Below, piece after piece: positions 31,983 through 43,292 of a stretch of DNA of 64,000 bases (position 1 is its first letter; every line of letters begins with the position of its first letter). The notes under the pieces were generated by a model. It had not been told where the DNA came from, searched no databases, and saw only the letters and a list, made by a program, of their open reading frames with translations. Location: positions 42,031 to 106,030 of the forward strand of contig CAVXMY010000005.1 of the NCBI GenBank assembly GCA_963763065.1. The letters run 5' to 3'. Made by a program: the position numbers and the translations under genes. This DNA comes from an uncultured Actinomycetota bacterium. GTDB taxonomy: Bacteria > Actinomycetota > Actinomycetes > Propionibacteriales > Nocardioidaceae.

Positions 31983-34533
31983 CCGTGGAGCCCCTCGCGC
32001 CGGTGAGGTCGCTCAAGCTCAAGCTCGGGCTCCTCGTCGTCGCGAGCGTCACGGTGGCCGCCGCCGTCGCCACGCTGGGCAGCGCCGCGGGCGTGTCGGT
32101 CTGGCTCAGCATCCCGGTGACGATCGTGCTCGCCCTGGCCGTGACCCAGCTGCTGGCCGTGGGCATGACCTCCCCGCTGCGCCAGATGACGGAGGCGACG
32201 CGGCGGATGGCCACCGGTGACTACGCCGTCCGTGTCACCGAGACCTCGCGTGACGAGGTGGGCGACCTCGCCCGGGCCTTCAACACGATGGCGCACGACC
32301 TGGCCACCGTCGACCGGCAGCGCCGCGACCTCGTCGCCAACGTCAGCCACGAGCTGCGCACCCCGATCGCGGCGCTCTGCGCCGTGCTCGAGAACCTCGT
32401 GGACGGCGTGGCACCCCGCGACCCGACCACCCTGGCCGCCGCGCTCGCGCAGGCCGAGCGGATGGGCGGTCTGGTGGAGGACCTGCTCGACCTCGCTCGG
32501 GTGGACGCCGGCAGGGCTCCCCTGACACCGGTGCCGGTCGACGTCGGGCCGCTACTGACCGAGGCCGTCGCCGAGGCGCGGGTGGTCGGCCGGGACGTCG
32601 ACTTCACCTTGCTGGTCGAGCCGCCCGAGCTCGTCGTCCACGCCGACCCGGCCCGGCTCCGGCAGCTCGTGGCCAACCTGCTCGACAACGCGTCGCGGCA
32701 CAGCCCGGCCGGCGGCACGGTCCGGCTCGTGGCGTCGCAGCAGGACGGCGGGTTCGCGCTCCAGGTGCACGACCAGGGCCCCGGGGTCGACGCGCCCGAC
32801 CGGGAGCGCGTCTTCGAGCGGTTCGGCACCCTCAGCGGTGCGGGCGGAGGCGGAACCGGCCTGGGTCTCGCGATCGCACGCTGGGTGACCGACCTGCACG
32901 GCGGCACGATCCGCTTCCTCGACCCGCCCGACGCCGGCGCGCTCGTCCGCGTCGACCTCCCGCTCGCACCGCCCGTGCGTCCCGCGCTGCCCCAGGAGAA
33001 GACCGTGCCCTCCCCGGTCCCCGCTCCCCCACCACCGGCGCCGACGAGCGCGCCCACCGACGTCGCGGCGCGGCCGCTGCTCGACGACGACCTCTTCGGT
33101 CGCTTCTGGCCGGAGCGGCAGGTCCCCGCCCGGCTGGGGGTGCTGCTCGGCGCGGTCGCGACCGGGCTGCTCGGCGGGCTGCTCCTCCCGGAGCGCGAGC
33201 TCGGGCTGGGCTGGTTCCTCGTGCTGCTCGCGTCCGGGGGCGTGGTGCTGCTCGTCCAGCACGCACCGTCGCGACCCGTTCACGCTGGGCTGCGCGGCGC
33301 TGTGCCTCCTCCTCGCCGGCACGACCGTGGTGCGCGCCGCCGAGTGGATCGTGGTCCTCTGCCTCCTGGCGGGTGCCGTCCTGTGCGCGAGCGGCGTCAC
33401 CCGGGCACGCACCCTCCGCGGATTCGTGCTGTCGTGCGTCTCCGGCCCGCTGGCAGGGCTGCGGGGGCTGCCGTGGCTCGGCCGCACGCTGGCGCTGCTC
33501 ACCGGCCTGGGCCGGGGTGCGGCGCTGCTGCGGACCCTGGTCTGGTCGCTGCTGATGCTCCTCGTCTTCGGTGCCCTCCTCGCCTCCGCGGACGCCCTGC
33601 TGGCCGAGTGGGCGGACACGGTGCTGCCCGACCTGCGCCTCGACACCTTCGTGGTGCGTGCCTTCGTGTCCGTCGCGGTCGGGGGCGCCGTGCTGGCCGC
33701 CGCCTACCTGGCGCTCAACCCGCCCCGCGTCGACCGCGAGGACCGGGCGGTGACCCCGGTCGCGCACCGCTTCGAGTGGCTGGCTCCCGTCCTCGTCGTG
33801 GTCGGCGTCTTCGCCGCCTTCCTCGTCGCCCAGGCCACGGTGGTCTTCGGCGGCCACGACTACCTGCGGCGTACGACGGGGCTGACCTACGCCGACTACG
33901 TCCACCAGGGCTTCGGCCAGCTCACCGTCGCCACCGCGCTCACCCTCCTGGTGATCTGGGCGGCGGCACGCAAGGCCCCGCGGGCGACCGGTGCCGACCG
34001 AGCCTGGCTCCGGGCGTCGCTCGGGGTGCTGTGCCTGGAGACGCTCGTGGTCGTCGCCTCCGCCCTGCACCGGATGCACGTCTACCAGGAGGCCTACGGC
34101 TTCACCCGGCTCCGGCTGCTGGTCGACGTGTTCGAGGGCTGGCTCGGCCTGCTCGTCGTGGGCGTGCTCGCGAGCGGGATCGCCCTGCGGGCCGCCTGGC
34201 TGCCCCGCTTCGCCCTGGTGACGGGGTGCGCGGCGCTGCTCGGGCTGGCGGCGCTCAACCCCGACGCGTGGATCGCCGAGCGCAACCTCGACCGCTACGC
34301 CGAGACCGGGCGCGTGGACTGGGCCTACCTGCAAGGACTCTCCGACGACGCCGTGCCGGTGCTCGCCGACCTCCCCGCGGAGGCACGCCACTGCGCGCTG
34401 CGCGGCCGCGAGGCGCCCACCGACGACTGGCTGGAGTGGAACCTCGGCAGCGCCCGCGCCGACGACGCCCTCGGCGGCACCTCGGCCGTCGTGGCGGTCG
34501 GGCCCGGGCACGCAGTGCGAGGCCCCGTCGTAG
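31979..34533 (+). CDS. Sensor histidine kinase (HAMP-HisKA-HATPase) in frame with a DUF4153-like membrane domain (frameshift near 33260; 3' end approximate)
   Basis: VSHELRTP, NLLDNA, DQGPG, GTGLGLAI; no stop before FGRFWP...TYADYVHQGFGQL...YQEAYGFTRLRL. Confidence 0.8.
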
Positions 34534-34546
34534 GCCCGCCGGACGA

Positions 34547-34936
34547 TCAGTCCCGGCTGATGCCCGCGGCCTCGGCCGAGGCGGAGAGCACGCAGAACTC
34601 GTTGCCCTCCGGGTCGGCCATCACGGCCCAGCCGTGCTCGCTGTCGCGCAGGTCGTCGAAGATCGTCGCTCCGAGCCCGAGGAGGCGCTCGACCTCGGAG
34701 TCACGGTCGCCGTCGACCGGGCGGAGGCAGAAGTGCATCCGGTTCTTCACGACCTTGTCGTCGGGCACCTTGAGGAACATCAGCCAGCGCCCGCCGGGAC
34801 CGCGGAGCTCGGCCTCCGAGTCGTCCCAGCTGCCCTCCTCGTGTCGGGAGTAGTCGTCGAGGACCGCCTCCCACCAGGTCGCCTGGGCGATCGGGTCGTG
34901 CGCGTCGATGCAGGTGTTCGCCGTCCTCAGAGCCAT
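34547..34936 (-). CDS. VOC family protein
   Basis: IDAHDP...KVVKNRMH...MADPEGNEFCVL. Confidence 0.9.
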   Translation of the reverse strand: MALRTANTCIDAHDPIAQATWWEAVLDDYSRHEEGSWDDSEAELRGPGGRWLMFLKVPDDKVVKNRMHFCLRPVDGDRDSEVERLLGLGATIFDDLRDSEHGWAVMADPEGNEFCVLSASAEAAGISRD

Positions 34937-34940
34937 GTCG

Positions 34941-35426
34941 TCACTCCGGCGTGGACGTCTCGACCTGCTGGGCGAGGTACTGCTCGACACCGACGTGCTT
35001 GATCGCGTCCAGCTGGCCCTCGAACCAGTCGGCGTGCTTCTCCTCGTCGCGCACCATGTCCTCGAAGACGTCGGCGCTGCCGTGGTCGCCCAGGTCGTGG
35101 CACTCCGCGGCCGAGGCGTTGAACTGCGCGATCGCTGCCTTCTCGCTGTCCAGCGCCAGCCGCAGCATCTCCTCGGGCGTCTCCCCCACCTGGATCGGGT
35201 TGAGCCGCTGCACGTTGGGGTGGCCGTCGAACATGAGGATCCGGTTGATGATCTCGTCCGCGTCGCGCATCTCGGCGATGGAGAGGTCGTAGAACACCTT
35301 GCCCAGCCGCGAGAGCCCCCAGTTGTCGAGCATCCGGGCGTGCAGGAAGTAGGTGTTGGTGACGGTGAGCTCGAAGGTGAGCGCGTCGTTGAAGAGCTCG
35401 ACGATCCTCGGGCTAGCTGGCTGCAC
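34941..35426 (-). CDS. bfr: Bacterioferritin
   Basis: ELTVTNTYFLHARMLDNWG, SIAEMRDAD, DEEKHADW. Confidence 0.95.
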   Translation of the reverse strand: MQPASPRIVELFNDALTFELTVTNTYFLHARMLDNWGLSRLGKVFYDLSIAEMRDADEIINRILMFDGHPNVQRLNPIQVGETPEEMLRLALDSEKAAIAQFNASAAECHDLGDHGSADVFEDMVRDEEKHADWFEGQLDAIKHVGVEQYLAQQVETSTPE

Positions 35427-35616
35427 CTTCGACCTCCATCGACGCGGTAACGGTGGCCTCATGCTGGCACATCACTCGTTTGACCGCGAAGACGCAGGCC
35501 CCGCACTCACGCGCGGCTCCGGTCGAGTTGCACACCTGGCCCACGGTGCGGGCACCCGAGGCGACGGCGTCAGTGATCGCACGGTCGTTGACGACCTTGC
35601 AGTGGCACACGATCAC
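35413..35616 (-). CDS. bfd: Bacterioferritin-associated [2Fe-2S] ferredoxin
   Basis: IVCHC...CGAC directly upstream of bfr. Confidence 0.9.
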   Translation of the reverse strand: MIVCHCKVVNDRAITDAVASGARTVGQVCNSTGAARECGACVFAVKRVMCQHEATVTASMEVEGAAS

Positions 35617-35651
35617 GGCGGGTTCCTCGACGCTGACGGACTGGGGTGCCG

Positions 35652-35670
35652 AAAGGTTAGCCTCACCTAA
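35652..35670. promoter_or_regulatory. IdeR/DtxR iron box
   Basis: AAAGGTTAGCCTCACCTAA against consensus TWAGGTWAGSCTWACCTWA, upstream of bfd-bfr. Confidence 0.88.
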
Positions 35671-35806
35671 CAACGCCTGGCAAGGGTGAGCGCGCTCACG
35701 CGCTCGCTGCGGCCCAGGGGGCTGCGGACTGCTTGAGCGCCGGTGGGGACGGGAAGGGTCGCAGGCGATCCCCCGGCCTCCGGCCCGTCCCCCCGAAGGA
35801 GCAGCG

Positions 35807-36811
35807 ATGACGAGGTTCGGCTTCACCCTCATGACCGAGCAGTCCGGCCCCAGGTCCCTGGTGAGCCAGGCACGCCGCGCGGAGGAGGTCGGCTTCGACT
35901 TCGAGGTGATGAGCGACCACTACTTCCCGTGGCTCTCCGCGCAGGGCCACGCGCCGTACGCCTGGAGCGTGCTGGGCGCGGTGGCCGAGGTCACCCAGCG
36001 GGTGGAGCTGATGACCTACGTGACCTGCCCGATCCTGCGATACCACCCCGCCGTCGTGGCGCAGAAGGCCGCCACGATGGGCCTGCTGTCCGAGGGCCGC
36101 TTCACCCTCGGCCTCGGGTCAGGGGAGAACCTCAACGAGCACGTCGTCGGCAAGGGCTGGCCCAGCATCGACGTGCGGCAGGACATGCTGGGCGAGGCCA
36201 TGGAGATCATCCGGCGGCTGTTCGACGGTGGGCTGGTGACCTACGACGGCACGCACTTCCGTGTCGACTCCGCCAGGCTCTGGGACCGCCCCGACGAGCC
36301 GGTGCGCCTGGCGGTCGCCGTCAGCGGTCAGCGCTCGGTGGCGAGGTTCGCGCCGCTGGCCGACGACGTCATCGCGGTGGAGCCCAGCGCGGAGTTCCTC
36401 GAGACCTGGAACGGCACCGAGGGAGCCCCGCAGGTCGGGCCGGACGGCGCCCGGGCCATCGGCCAGATCCCGATCTGCTGGGACCGCGACCGCGACACCG
36501 CGGTCGAGCGGGCCCACGACCAGTTCAAGTGGTTCGCGGGCGGGTGGGCCGTCAACGCCGACCTGCCGACCACGGCGGGGTTCGCTGGGGCGACGCAGTT
36601 CGTGCGGCCCGAGGACGTCGCCGACAACATCCCCTGCGGGCCCGACCTCGACGCCGTCGTCGAGAAGGTCTCGGCCTTCTGGGAGGCCGGCTACACCGAC
36701 GTGGCGCTCGTGCAGGTCGGGGACGACGGCATGGACGCCTTCCTCGACGAGGCGGCCGAGCCTCTGCTGCAGAAGCTCCGTGAGGCCTCCGGCACGCGTC
36801 AGCCGAGCTGA
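35807..36811 (+). CDS. LLM class F420-dependent oxidoreductase
   Basis: SDHYFPW, TCPILRYHPAVVAQ, GLGSGENLNEH. Confidence 0.92.
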   Translation: MTRFGFTLMTEQSGPRSLVSQARRAEEVGFDFEVMSDHYFPWLSAQGHAPYAWSVLGAVAEVTQRVELMTYVTCPILRYHPAVVAQKAATMGLLSEGRFTLGLGSGENLNEHVVGKGWPSIDVRQDMLGEAMEIIRRLFDGGLVTYDGTHFRVDSARLWDRPDEPVRLAVAVSGQRSVARFAPLADDVIAVEPSAEFLETWNGTEGAPQVGPDGARAIGQIPICWDRDRDTAVERAHDQFKWFAGGWAVNADLPTTAGFAGATQFVRPEDVADNIPCGPDLDAVVEKVSAFWEAGYTDVALVQVGDDGMDAFLDEAAEPLLQKLREASGTRQPS

Positions 36812-36830
36812 TGCTGGGTAAAGGAACCGC

Positions 36831-37382
36831 ATGACCGAGAACAAGAAGATCGCATTCCTGACAGCCCACGAAGGGGTCGAGCAGGTCGAGCTGACCAGCC
36901 CCTGGGACACGGTCAAGGACGCCGGCCTCGAGCCGGTCCTGCTCTCGACCGACGAGAAGGTGCAGGGCTACAACCACCTCGACGCCGCCGACACCTTCAC
37001 CGTCGACCAGACGGTCTCCGAGGCCTCCCCCGACGACTACGACGCCCTCGTGCTGCCCGGCGGGGTGGCCAACCCCGACGCGCTGCGTCTTGACCAGTCC
37101 GCGGTGTCCTTCATCCGCGCCATGGTCGAGTCGGGCAAGCCGGTCGCGGCCATCTGCCACGCGCCGTGGACCCTCATCGAGGCCGACGTCGTCCGTGGCC
37201 GCCGGGTGACCTCCTGGCCGAGCCTGCAGACCGACCTCCGCAACGCAGGCGCGGAGTGGGTGGACGAGAAGGTCGTCGTCGACGGCAACCTGGTCACCAG
37301 CCGCAAGCCCGACGACCTGGAGGCCTTCAACTCCGCGCTGATGGAGGCCCTGCAGCACGGCACCGCCGCGCAGCACGGCTGA
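36831..37382 (+). CDS. PfpI/DJ-1 family protein
   Basis: GVEQVEL, LPGGVANPD, AAICHAPW, TSRKPDDL. Confidence 0.93.
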   Translation: MTENKKIAFLTAHEGVEQVELTSPWDTVKDAGLEPVLLSTDEKVQGYNHLDAADTFTVDQTVSEASPDDYDALVLPGGVANPDALRLDQSAVSFIRAMVESGKPVAAICHAPWTLIEADVVRGRRVTSWPSLQTDLRNAGAEWVDEKVVVDGNLVTSRKPDDLEAFNSALMEALQHGTAAQHG

Positions 37383-37399
37383 CCCGACTCACGACCGAC

Positions 37400-38324
37400 T
37401 CACGACCCGGCGAGCGGCACCGCCGGCCGTCGGGGGTAGCCCACGGGCAGCACCTTGGTGCCTGACACGTGGCGGTACAGCACCCGCCAGTGCCTGTACC
37501 CCCGATAGGTCAGCGGTGCCCTTCGCATGTTCGCGGCGTAGGACTGCACCGCGAACACGTAGTCGCCGGACTGGTTGTAGGCGAACAGCGCCCCGCCCAT
37601 GTCCTCAGGTGCGCCGTTGGCACGCAGCAGCCGCCCTGCGCCCATCACAGCGTCCTCCACGTCGTCGATGTCGCCGCCCCCGCCGTAGATCTCCCAGGTC
37701 GAGGGGAGGAACTGCATCGGACCCTGGGCGCCGGCCGAGCTCACCCCCCTGATCCGGCCCATCCGCGTCTCCACCAGGTGGATGGCGGCGAGGTGCTCCC
37801 AGCCGACGCCCGTGCGTCGCTCCGCGGCACGGTAGGCGCGCAGCAGCCGGCGGGCGGGCGGCGGCGCGACCAGCCGCCAGTCGGGCAGCCGTGGCTGCGG
37901 GTCTGCCAGTGAGCTGAGCGCACGGGCCGCCGCGACGTCGGTGGCGACCTTGCGGCGCAGGCCGGGCCGCACCTGCCGGAGCACCGCGCGGGCCCGTGCC
38001 TGCGGCGCCTGACCGAGCGTGCGTGTCGCCGCCTGCTCCAGCTCGGCAGCCCGGCGTACGACGGCGGGGGCCGCCTCCCGGTCGGCCAGCACGGAGCCCA
38101 GCAGCTCGAGGCGACGCGCCAGCTCGCCCTCGCGACGCACGTCGGGCACCACGCTCATGCTGTCGAGCCGGGCCGCGACGCCGGGCTGCGGGGCCGCCGA
38201 GCTCGACCGAGCTCGCCCCCTGGGATCGCGGCTCGCCGTCGTCGGGTCCGGACGCCGTGCACCCCGCGATGAGAGCAGTGAGCACGACGAGGACCGTCGC
38301 CGCCGGCACCCGCCGCTCGCTCAC
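37400..38324 (-). CDS. Lytic transglycosylase (SLT) lipoprotein (frameshift near 38200)
   Basis: Lipobox LIAGC; AAIHLVET, SSAGAQGPMQFLPSTW, AYN. Confidence 0.85.
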
Positions 38325-39175
38325 GCCTCCCCCAGGTCGACCTCACCGTGGACCACCGTGACGACGTCGCCGCCGACCCAGGTGCGGTCGCCCACCTGCT
38401 CGACGTGGACGCGCCCGTCGCGGCGCACCCGCTGCCCTTGTCCCGCGACGTACGACGCCGGGAGCCGCCCGGCACCGATGAGCCACTGGGCGAGGCCCGC
38501 GTTGAGGCTGCCGGTGACCGGGTCCTCGAACCACCCGTCGCCGCCGTCGAAGAAGCCGCGGACCTCGGCGTCGCGGCCGTCGCGCGCAGGGTCGTCCGGC
38601 TCGTAGCGCGCGACCAGCCCCCACGAGATGCCGGCGGTGCGGCCCGGCACGGGCTCCGCAGCGAGCACGTCGCGCACCGAGCGCAGCTCCAGGGCGACCC
38701 ATCCCGGCCCGTTGTCCACCCATGCCGCGTCCACGACGGAGCCGGGCGCGACGCCGGCGGCCGCCAGCACCTTGTCGAGGTCGGTGTCATCGAGCGGGCC
38801 CGAGCGCAGCAGCGGCGGGGCGGCGAAGGCCGGACGCCCGCCGCGCCGCACCTCCACGAGGCCGACGCCGCACTCCTGCACCACCACGTCCTCGTCGGCC
38901 GCCACTCCCCCGGCAGCCAGCCACGCGTGCGCGCTGCCGAGCGTGGGGTGGCCGGCGAACGGGAGCTCGCCGCTGGTGGTGAAGATGCGCACCCGGTAGT
39001 CCGCCGCGGGGTCGGAGGGCGGGAGCAGGAAGGTCGTCTCGGACAGGTTGGTCCAGCGCGCGACCGCAGCCATCTCGTCGTCGCTCATCCCGTCGGCGTC
39101 GTGGACGACCGCCACCGGGTTGCCGAGCAGAGGCACCGCGGTGAACACGTCGGCCTGGGTGAACCGTCGGGTCAT
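38321..39175 (-). CDS. PhzF family isomerase
   Basis: DVFT...GNPVAVV, NLSETTF, ELPFAGHPTLG, EDPVTGS. Confidence 0.93.
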   Translation of the reverse strand: MTRRFTQADVFTAVPLLGNPVAVVHDADGMSDDEMAAVARWTNLSETTFLLPPSDPAADYRVRIFTTSGELPFAGHPTLGSAHAWLAAGGVAADEDVVVQECGVGLVEVRRGGRPAFAAPPLLRSGPLDDTDLDKVLAAAGVAPGSVVDAAWVDNGPGWVALELRSVRDVLAAEPVPGRTAGISWGLVARYEPDDPARDGRDAEVRGFFDGGDGWFEDPVTGSLNAGLAQWLIGAGRLPASYVAGQGQRVRRDGRVHVEQVGDRTWVGGDVVTVVHGEVDLGEA

Positions 39176-40900
39176 TCCTGCTCGACTCGCCCGTCCGGGT
39201 GCACCCGCACCGTCGCGACCCGGTGCAGGTCGGGCCGCTCGTGACGGCCGTCCCGGACCTGCCCCGACACCCAGTGCATCTCGAGGCCGCCGTCGTCCGC
39301 CACGTCGAGGGTCGCGATGTTGTTGTCGAACCACGGCCCTCGCACGCTGTCCCAGCGGAACGGCTGGCCCGGCACCGATGCCGAGCGCGACATCGCACGC
39401 CCCAGCGGAGTGGCGATGCCGTAGGCCAGCGCGGCGGTCGCCAGCCGCATCACCCGCGGCAGCGGGTTGCGGATCGGTGAGCAGACCGCCTGCAGGATCG
39501 TGCCGCCCGCGGGGACGTCGCGCACCTGGGAGACGTAGCTGTGGTGGACGTCCCCGGAGAGGAACGTGACGGTCTTCGGCGGCCGTCCCCCGGTGTCCGG
39601 TGGCGACCTCCGCCGCCATCCGGGCGACGTCCTGGAAGCCCTCCTGGAAGGCGCCCCAGTGCTCCAGGTCGGCACCCTGGCGCATCGTCTCCCCGACCTT
39701 CACCCCTCGACGGCCCCAGGCACCGCCGGCGAGCGCCTCGCTGAAGGCCTCGAGGTGGTGCAGTCCCTCGGGCAGCAGGAACGGCAGCGAGGTGCCCACG
39801 AGCAGGTGCTCGCAGTCGCCCTGCATGTGCTCGTCGAGCCAGGCCATCTCGTCGGGGTCCAGCATCGAGCGCTGGTCCTCCTGGAGCACGCGGGCGGCTC
39901 GCGAGTCGACGACGACCAGGCGGATCTCCCCGAGCTCCCGCGCGTAGCTCCACCGGTAGGTCTCCGGCTTCTGGTCGACCCGTTCGGCGAAGGCGTCGAG
40001 CGTGTCGGAGAGGTCGAGCTCCTCCTCGCCGTCGTGCTCGACCACGAGCTGCCAGATCTCGTCCTGGCTGCGCTCCTCGGGAGTCAGGTTGCCCAGGTGC
40101 TGGTAGACCCAGTACGACGCCAGCCCGGCGACGATGCGCCCGTGCCACCAGTCGGTGGCCTCCATCTCGCGACGCCACCGCGCGGAGGTGTTCCAGTCGT
40201 CGCGGATGTCGTGGTCGTCGAAGATCATCGCGCTGGGCAGCGTCGACAGCAGCCACCGGTTGGCCGGGTCGCTCCAGGCGAGCTTGTAGAGGTGGGAGTA
40301 CTCCTCGTAGTCGGCGAGCTCCTCGCCCGGCGGCTCGTCGATGTCGCGCCTGGACTCGATGAACTTCTGCATCTCGTCCGACGTCTCGTCGGCGTAGACC
40401 TGGTCGCCCAGGAAGAGCACGAGGTCGGGCGGCAGGATGGTGCGTCGGTGGAGGTCACGCCCGCCAGGGCCAGGGCGTAGGAGCGCAGGGCGTCGACGCC
40501 GTGCTTGCGGTTGCCGGCGGCGTCGTGGCTCACGCTGGTGCGGCACGAGCCGAAGAGCAGCCGCGGGGGCCGGTCCGAGGGCAGCGTCGCCAGCACGGGC
40601 GCCGGCAGGTCGAGGCCGTCCTCGTGCACCGCGGGCGGCCAGACCTGCCGCCCGTCGAGCTCGACGGTGTACGCAGCGACGGTGCCCGCCGCCAGTCCCG
40701 GTGCACTCCACGAGCGCGTAGTGGTGCCCGTGGACCGCGAAGGTCCGGGCGGACCAGCGGCCGTGCTCGGTGCCCACGGTGACACCGCATGCCCGGTCCG
40801 TCTCGACCCAGACGGCGACCGAGTCGCAGTCGGCGTGTCGCAGCAGCGGTCCCAGGACCAGGTCGGCCGACGCCGCTTCGGGCTCTCGCACGGGGTTCAT
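39172..40900 (-). CDS. Alkaline phosphatase D (PhoD) family protein (frameshifts)
   Basis: FGSCR, LGDQVYAD, FDDHDIRDDWN, LEHW, SGDVHHSY, CSPIRN. Confidence 0.88.
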
Positions 40901-40939
40901 GGTCCCAACCTAGACACAACCCGGGCATAGAATCAGCGG

Positions 40940-42467
40940 GTGACTGACGCTTATCGCGCCCGTATCGGCCGGCTCATCCGTGACGCCCGCAAGCATCGCG
41001 GCTGGACCCGGGAGCAGCTCGCCGAGGTGCTGGAGACCACCCCTGCCGAGATCGAGCACATCGAGGGCGGCGAGCGCAGCATCACGCTGGAGTTCGTCGC
41101 GCGGATCGGTGAGGTGCTCGACTCCCAGATCGTCTCCATCGGCGGACAGCCGCACCCACCTGCGGGTCGACGGCCCGACCACGCTCACCGGCAGCATCGA
41201 CGTGAAGACCTCGAAGAACGCCGGGGTCGCGCTCCTCTGCGCCTCGCTGCTCAACCGGGGGCGCACCACGCTGCGCCGGGTCGCCCGCATCGAGGAGGTC
41301 AACCGCCTGCTCGAGGTGCTGGAGAGCCTGGGCGTGCAGACCCGGTGGCTCAACGACGACAACGACCTCGAGATCGTGCCGCCGGCCGAGCTCGACCTCA
41401 GCCGCATCGACGAGACCGCCGCGCGCCGCACCCGCTCGGTCATCATGTTCCTCGGGCCGCTGCTCCACCGGGCACCGTCCTTCGAGCTGCCGTACGCCGG
41501 CGGGTGCGACCTGGGCACCCGCACCGTCGAGCCCCACATGACGGCGCTGCGGCCCTTCGGCCTGGAGGTCAAGGCCACCGAGGGCAGCTACCACGCCGAG
41601 GTGGACGGGTCGGGCGCCCCCCGGCGGCCCATCGTGCTCACCGAGCGCGGCGACACGGTGACCGAGAACGCCCTCATGGCGGCCGCCCTGCACGACGGCG
41701 AGACCGTCATCCGCAACGCCAGCTCCAACTACATGGTCCAGGACCTGTGCTTCTTCCTGGAGCGGCTCGGGGTCAAGGTCGACGGCATCGGCACCACCAC
41801 GCTCACCGTCCAGGGCCAGCGCACCATCGACGTCGACGTCGACTACGCCCCCTCCGAGGACCCGATCGAGGCGATGTCCCTGCTCGCCGCAGCCATCGTG
41901 ACCGACTCCGAGATCACCATCCGCCGGGCGCCGATCGAGTTCCTGGAGATCGAGCTCGCCGTGCTGGAGGAGATGGGCTTCCGCTACGAGCTGAGCGAGG
42001 AGTACCTCGCCGACAACCACCGCACCCGCCTGGTCGACCTCACCACCAAGGTCTCGCCGCTCCACTCCCCCATCGACAAGATCCACCCGATGCCCTTCCC
42101 GGGGCTCAACATCGACAACCTGCCGTTCTTCGCGGTCATCGCGGCCACCGCCGACGGCAAGACGCTGCTGCACGACTGGGTCTACGAGAACCGCGCGATC
42201 TACCTCACCGAGCTCAACAAGCTGGGCGCCACCGTGCAGCTGCTCGACCCGCACCGGGTGAGCATCGAGGGCCCCACCCACTGGTCGGGCGCGGAGATCG
42301 TGTGCCCGCCCGCGCTGAGACCCGCCGTCGTCATCCTGCTCGCCATGCTGGCCTGCAAGGGCACGTCCGTGCTCCGCTCCGTCTACGTGATCAACCGGGG
42401 GTACGAGGACCTCGCCGAGCGCCTCAACACCCTGGGCGCCTCCATCGAGACCTTCCACGACGTCTAG
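40940..42467 (+). CDS. murA: UDP-N-acetylglucosamine 1-carboxyvinyltransferase with N-terminal XRE HTH (frameshift near 41145)
   Basis: RIGRLIRDARKHRGWTREQLAE HTH; SKNA, GGCDLGTR, YENR, LRPA, RGYE; leaderless -10 TAGAAT. Confidence 0.9.
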
Positions 42468-42485
42468 ACGCGCGGGAGAGTCAGC

Positions 42486-43292
42486 GTGAGCGTCCGCACG
42501 GGGTTCCCGTTCCTCGACGAGCCCCGTGAGCAGGGTGGCGTGCTCGCGATGGCGCACCGCGGCGGGGCTCGGCACCCCGACCTGGTCGGGCTGGAGAACA
42601 CGATGGCGGCGTTCCGCCACGCTGCCGGCCTGGGCTACCGCTACCTGGAGACCGACGTCCACGCCACGTCCGACGGACACCTGCTCGCCTTCCACGACGC
42701 GACCGTGGGGCGCATCACCGACGGGGAGGGCAGGGTGCGCGACCTGACGCTGGACCACGTCGGATCCCTGAGGATCGCCCGCAGTGAGGGCATCCCCCTG
42801 CTGGCAGACCTCCTCGAGGAGCTGCCCGGGTGCCGCTTCAACGTCGACCTGAAGTCCGCCGGCTGCGTCGACCCGATCGTCGACCTGCTCGACCGCATGC
42901 AGGCGCACCACCGGGTCTGCATCGGGTCGTTCAACGAGCTGACCCTCCGCCGCTTCCGGCGACGCGTCAGCCGTCCCGTCGCGACCTCCGCCGGGGTCGC
43001 GACGGTGCTGGCTCTCCGCTTCGCGCCCTACCCCCAGCACGTGTCGCGGTGGCTGCGCGACACCAGCGCGGTGCTCCAGGTGCCGGTGCGCAACCGCGGG
43101 GTGACGGTGCTCGACCAGCGTGTGCTCGAGCTCGCGCACGCCGGCGGTCGGCATGTCCACGTGTGGACGATCGACGAGAGTGCTGAGATGGAGCGACTCA
43201 TCGACCTGGGTGTGGACGGCATCATCACCGACCGCACCGACGTCCTCCGCGACGTGCTCCGGGCACGCGGACTGTGGGAAGGCAACCAGTGA
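42486..43292 (+). CDS. Glycerophosphodiester phosphodiesterase
   Basis: AHRGG, ENT, ETDV, FHD, NVDLK, VWTID, GVDGIITD. Confidence 0.93.
   Translation: MSVRTGFPFLDEPREQGGVLAMAHRGGARHPDLVGLENTMAAFRHAAGLGYRYLETDVHATSDGHLLAFHDATVGRITDGEGRVRDLTLDHVGSLRIARSEGIPLLADLLEELPGCRFNVDLKSAGCVDPIVDLLDRMQAHHRVCIGSFNELTLRRFRRRVSRPVATSAGVATVLALRFAPYPQHVSRWLRDTSAVLQVPVRNRGVTVLDQRVLELAHAGGRHVHVWTIDESAEMERLIDLGVDGIITDRTDVLRDVLRARGLWEGNQ

Noticed and set aside
38321-40900. 859-aa PhoD-PhzF fusion in the ORF track
   Set aside because: Created by frameshifts; PhoD ends at 39172 and PhzF starts at an overlapping ATG at 39175.
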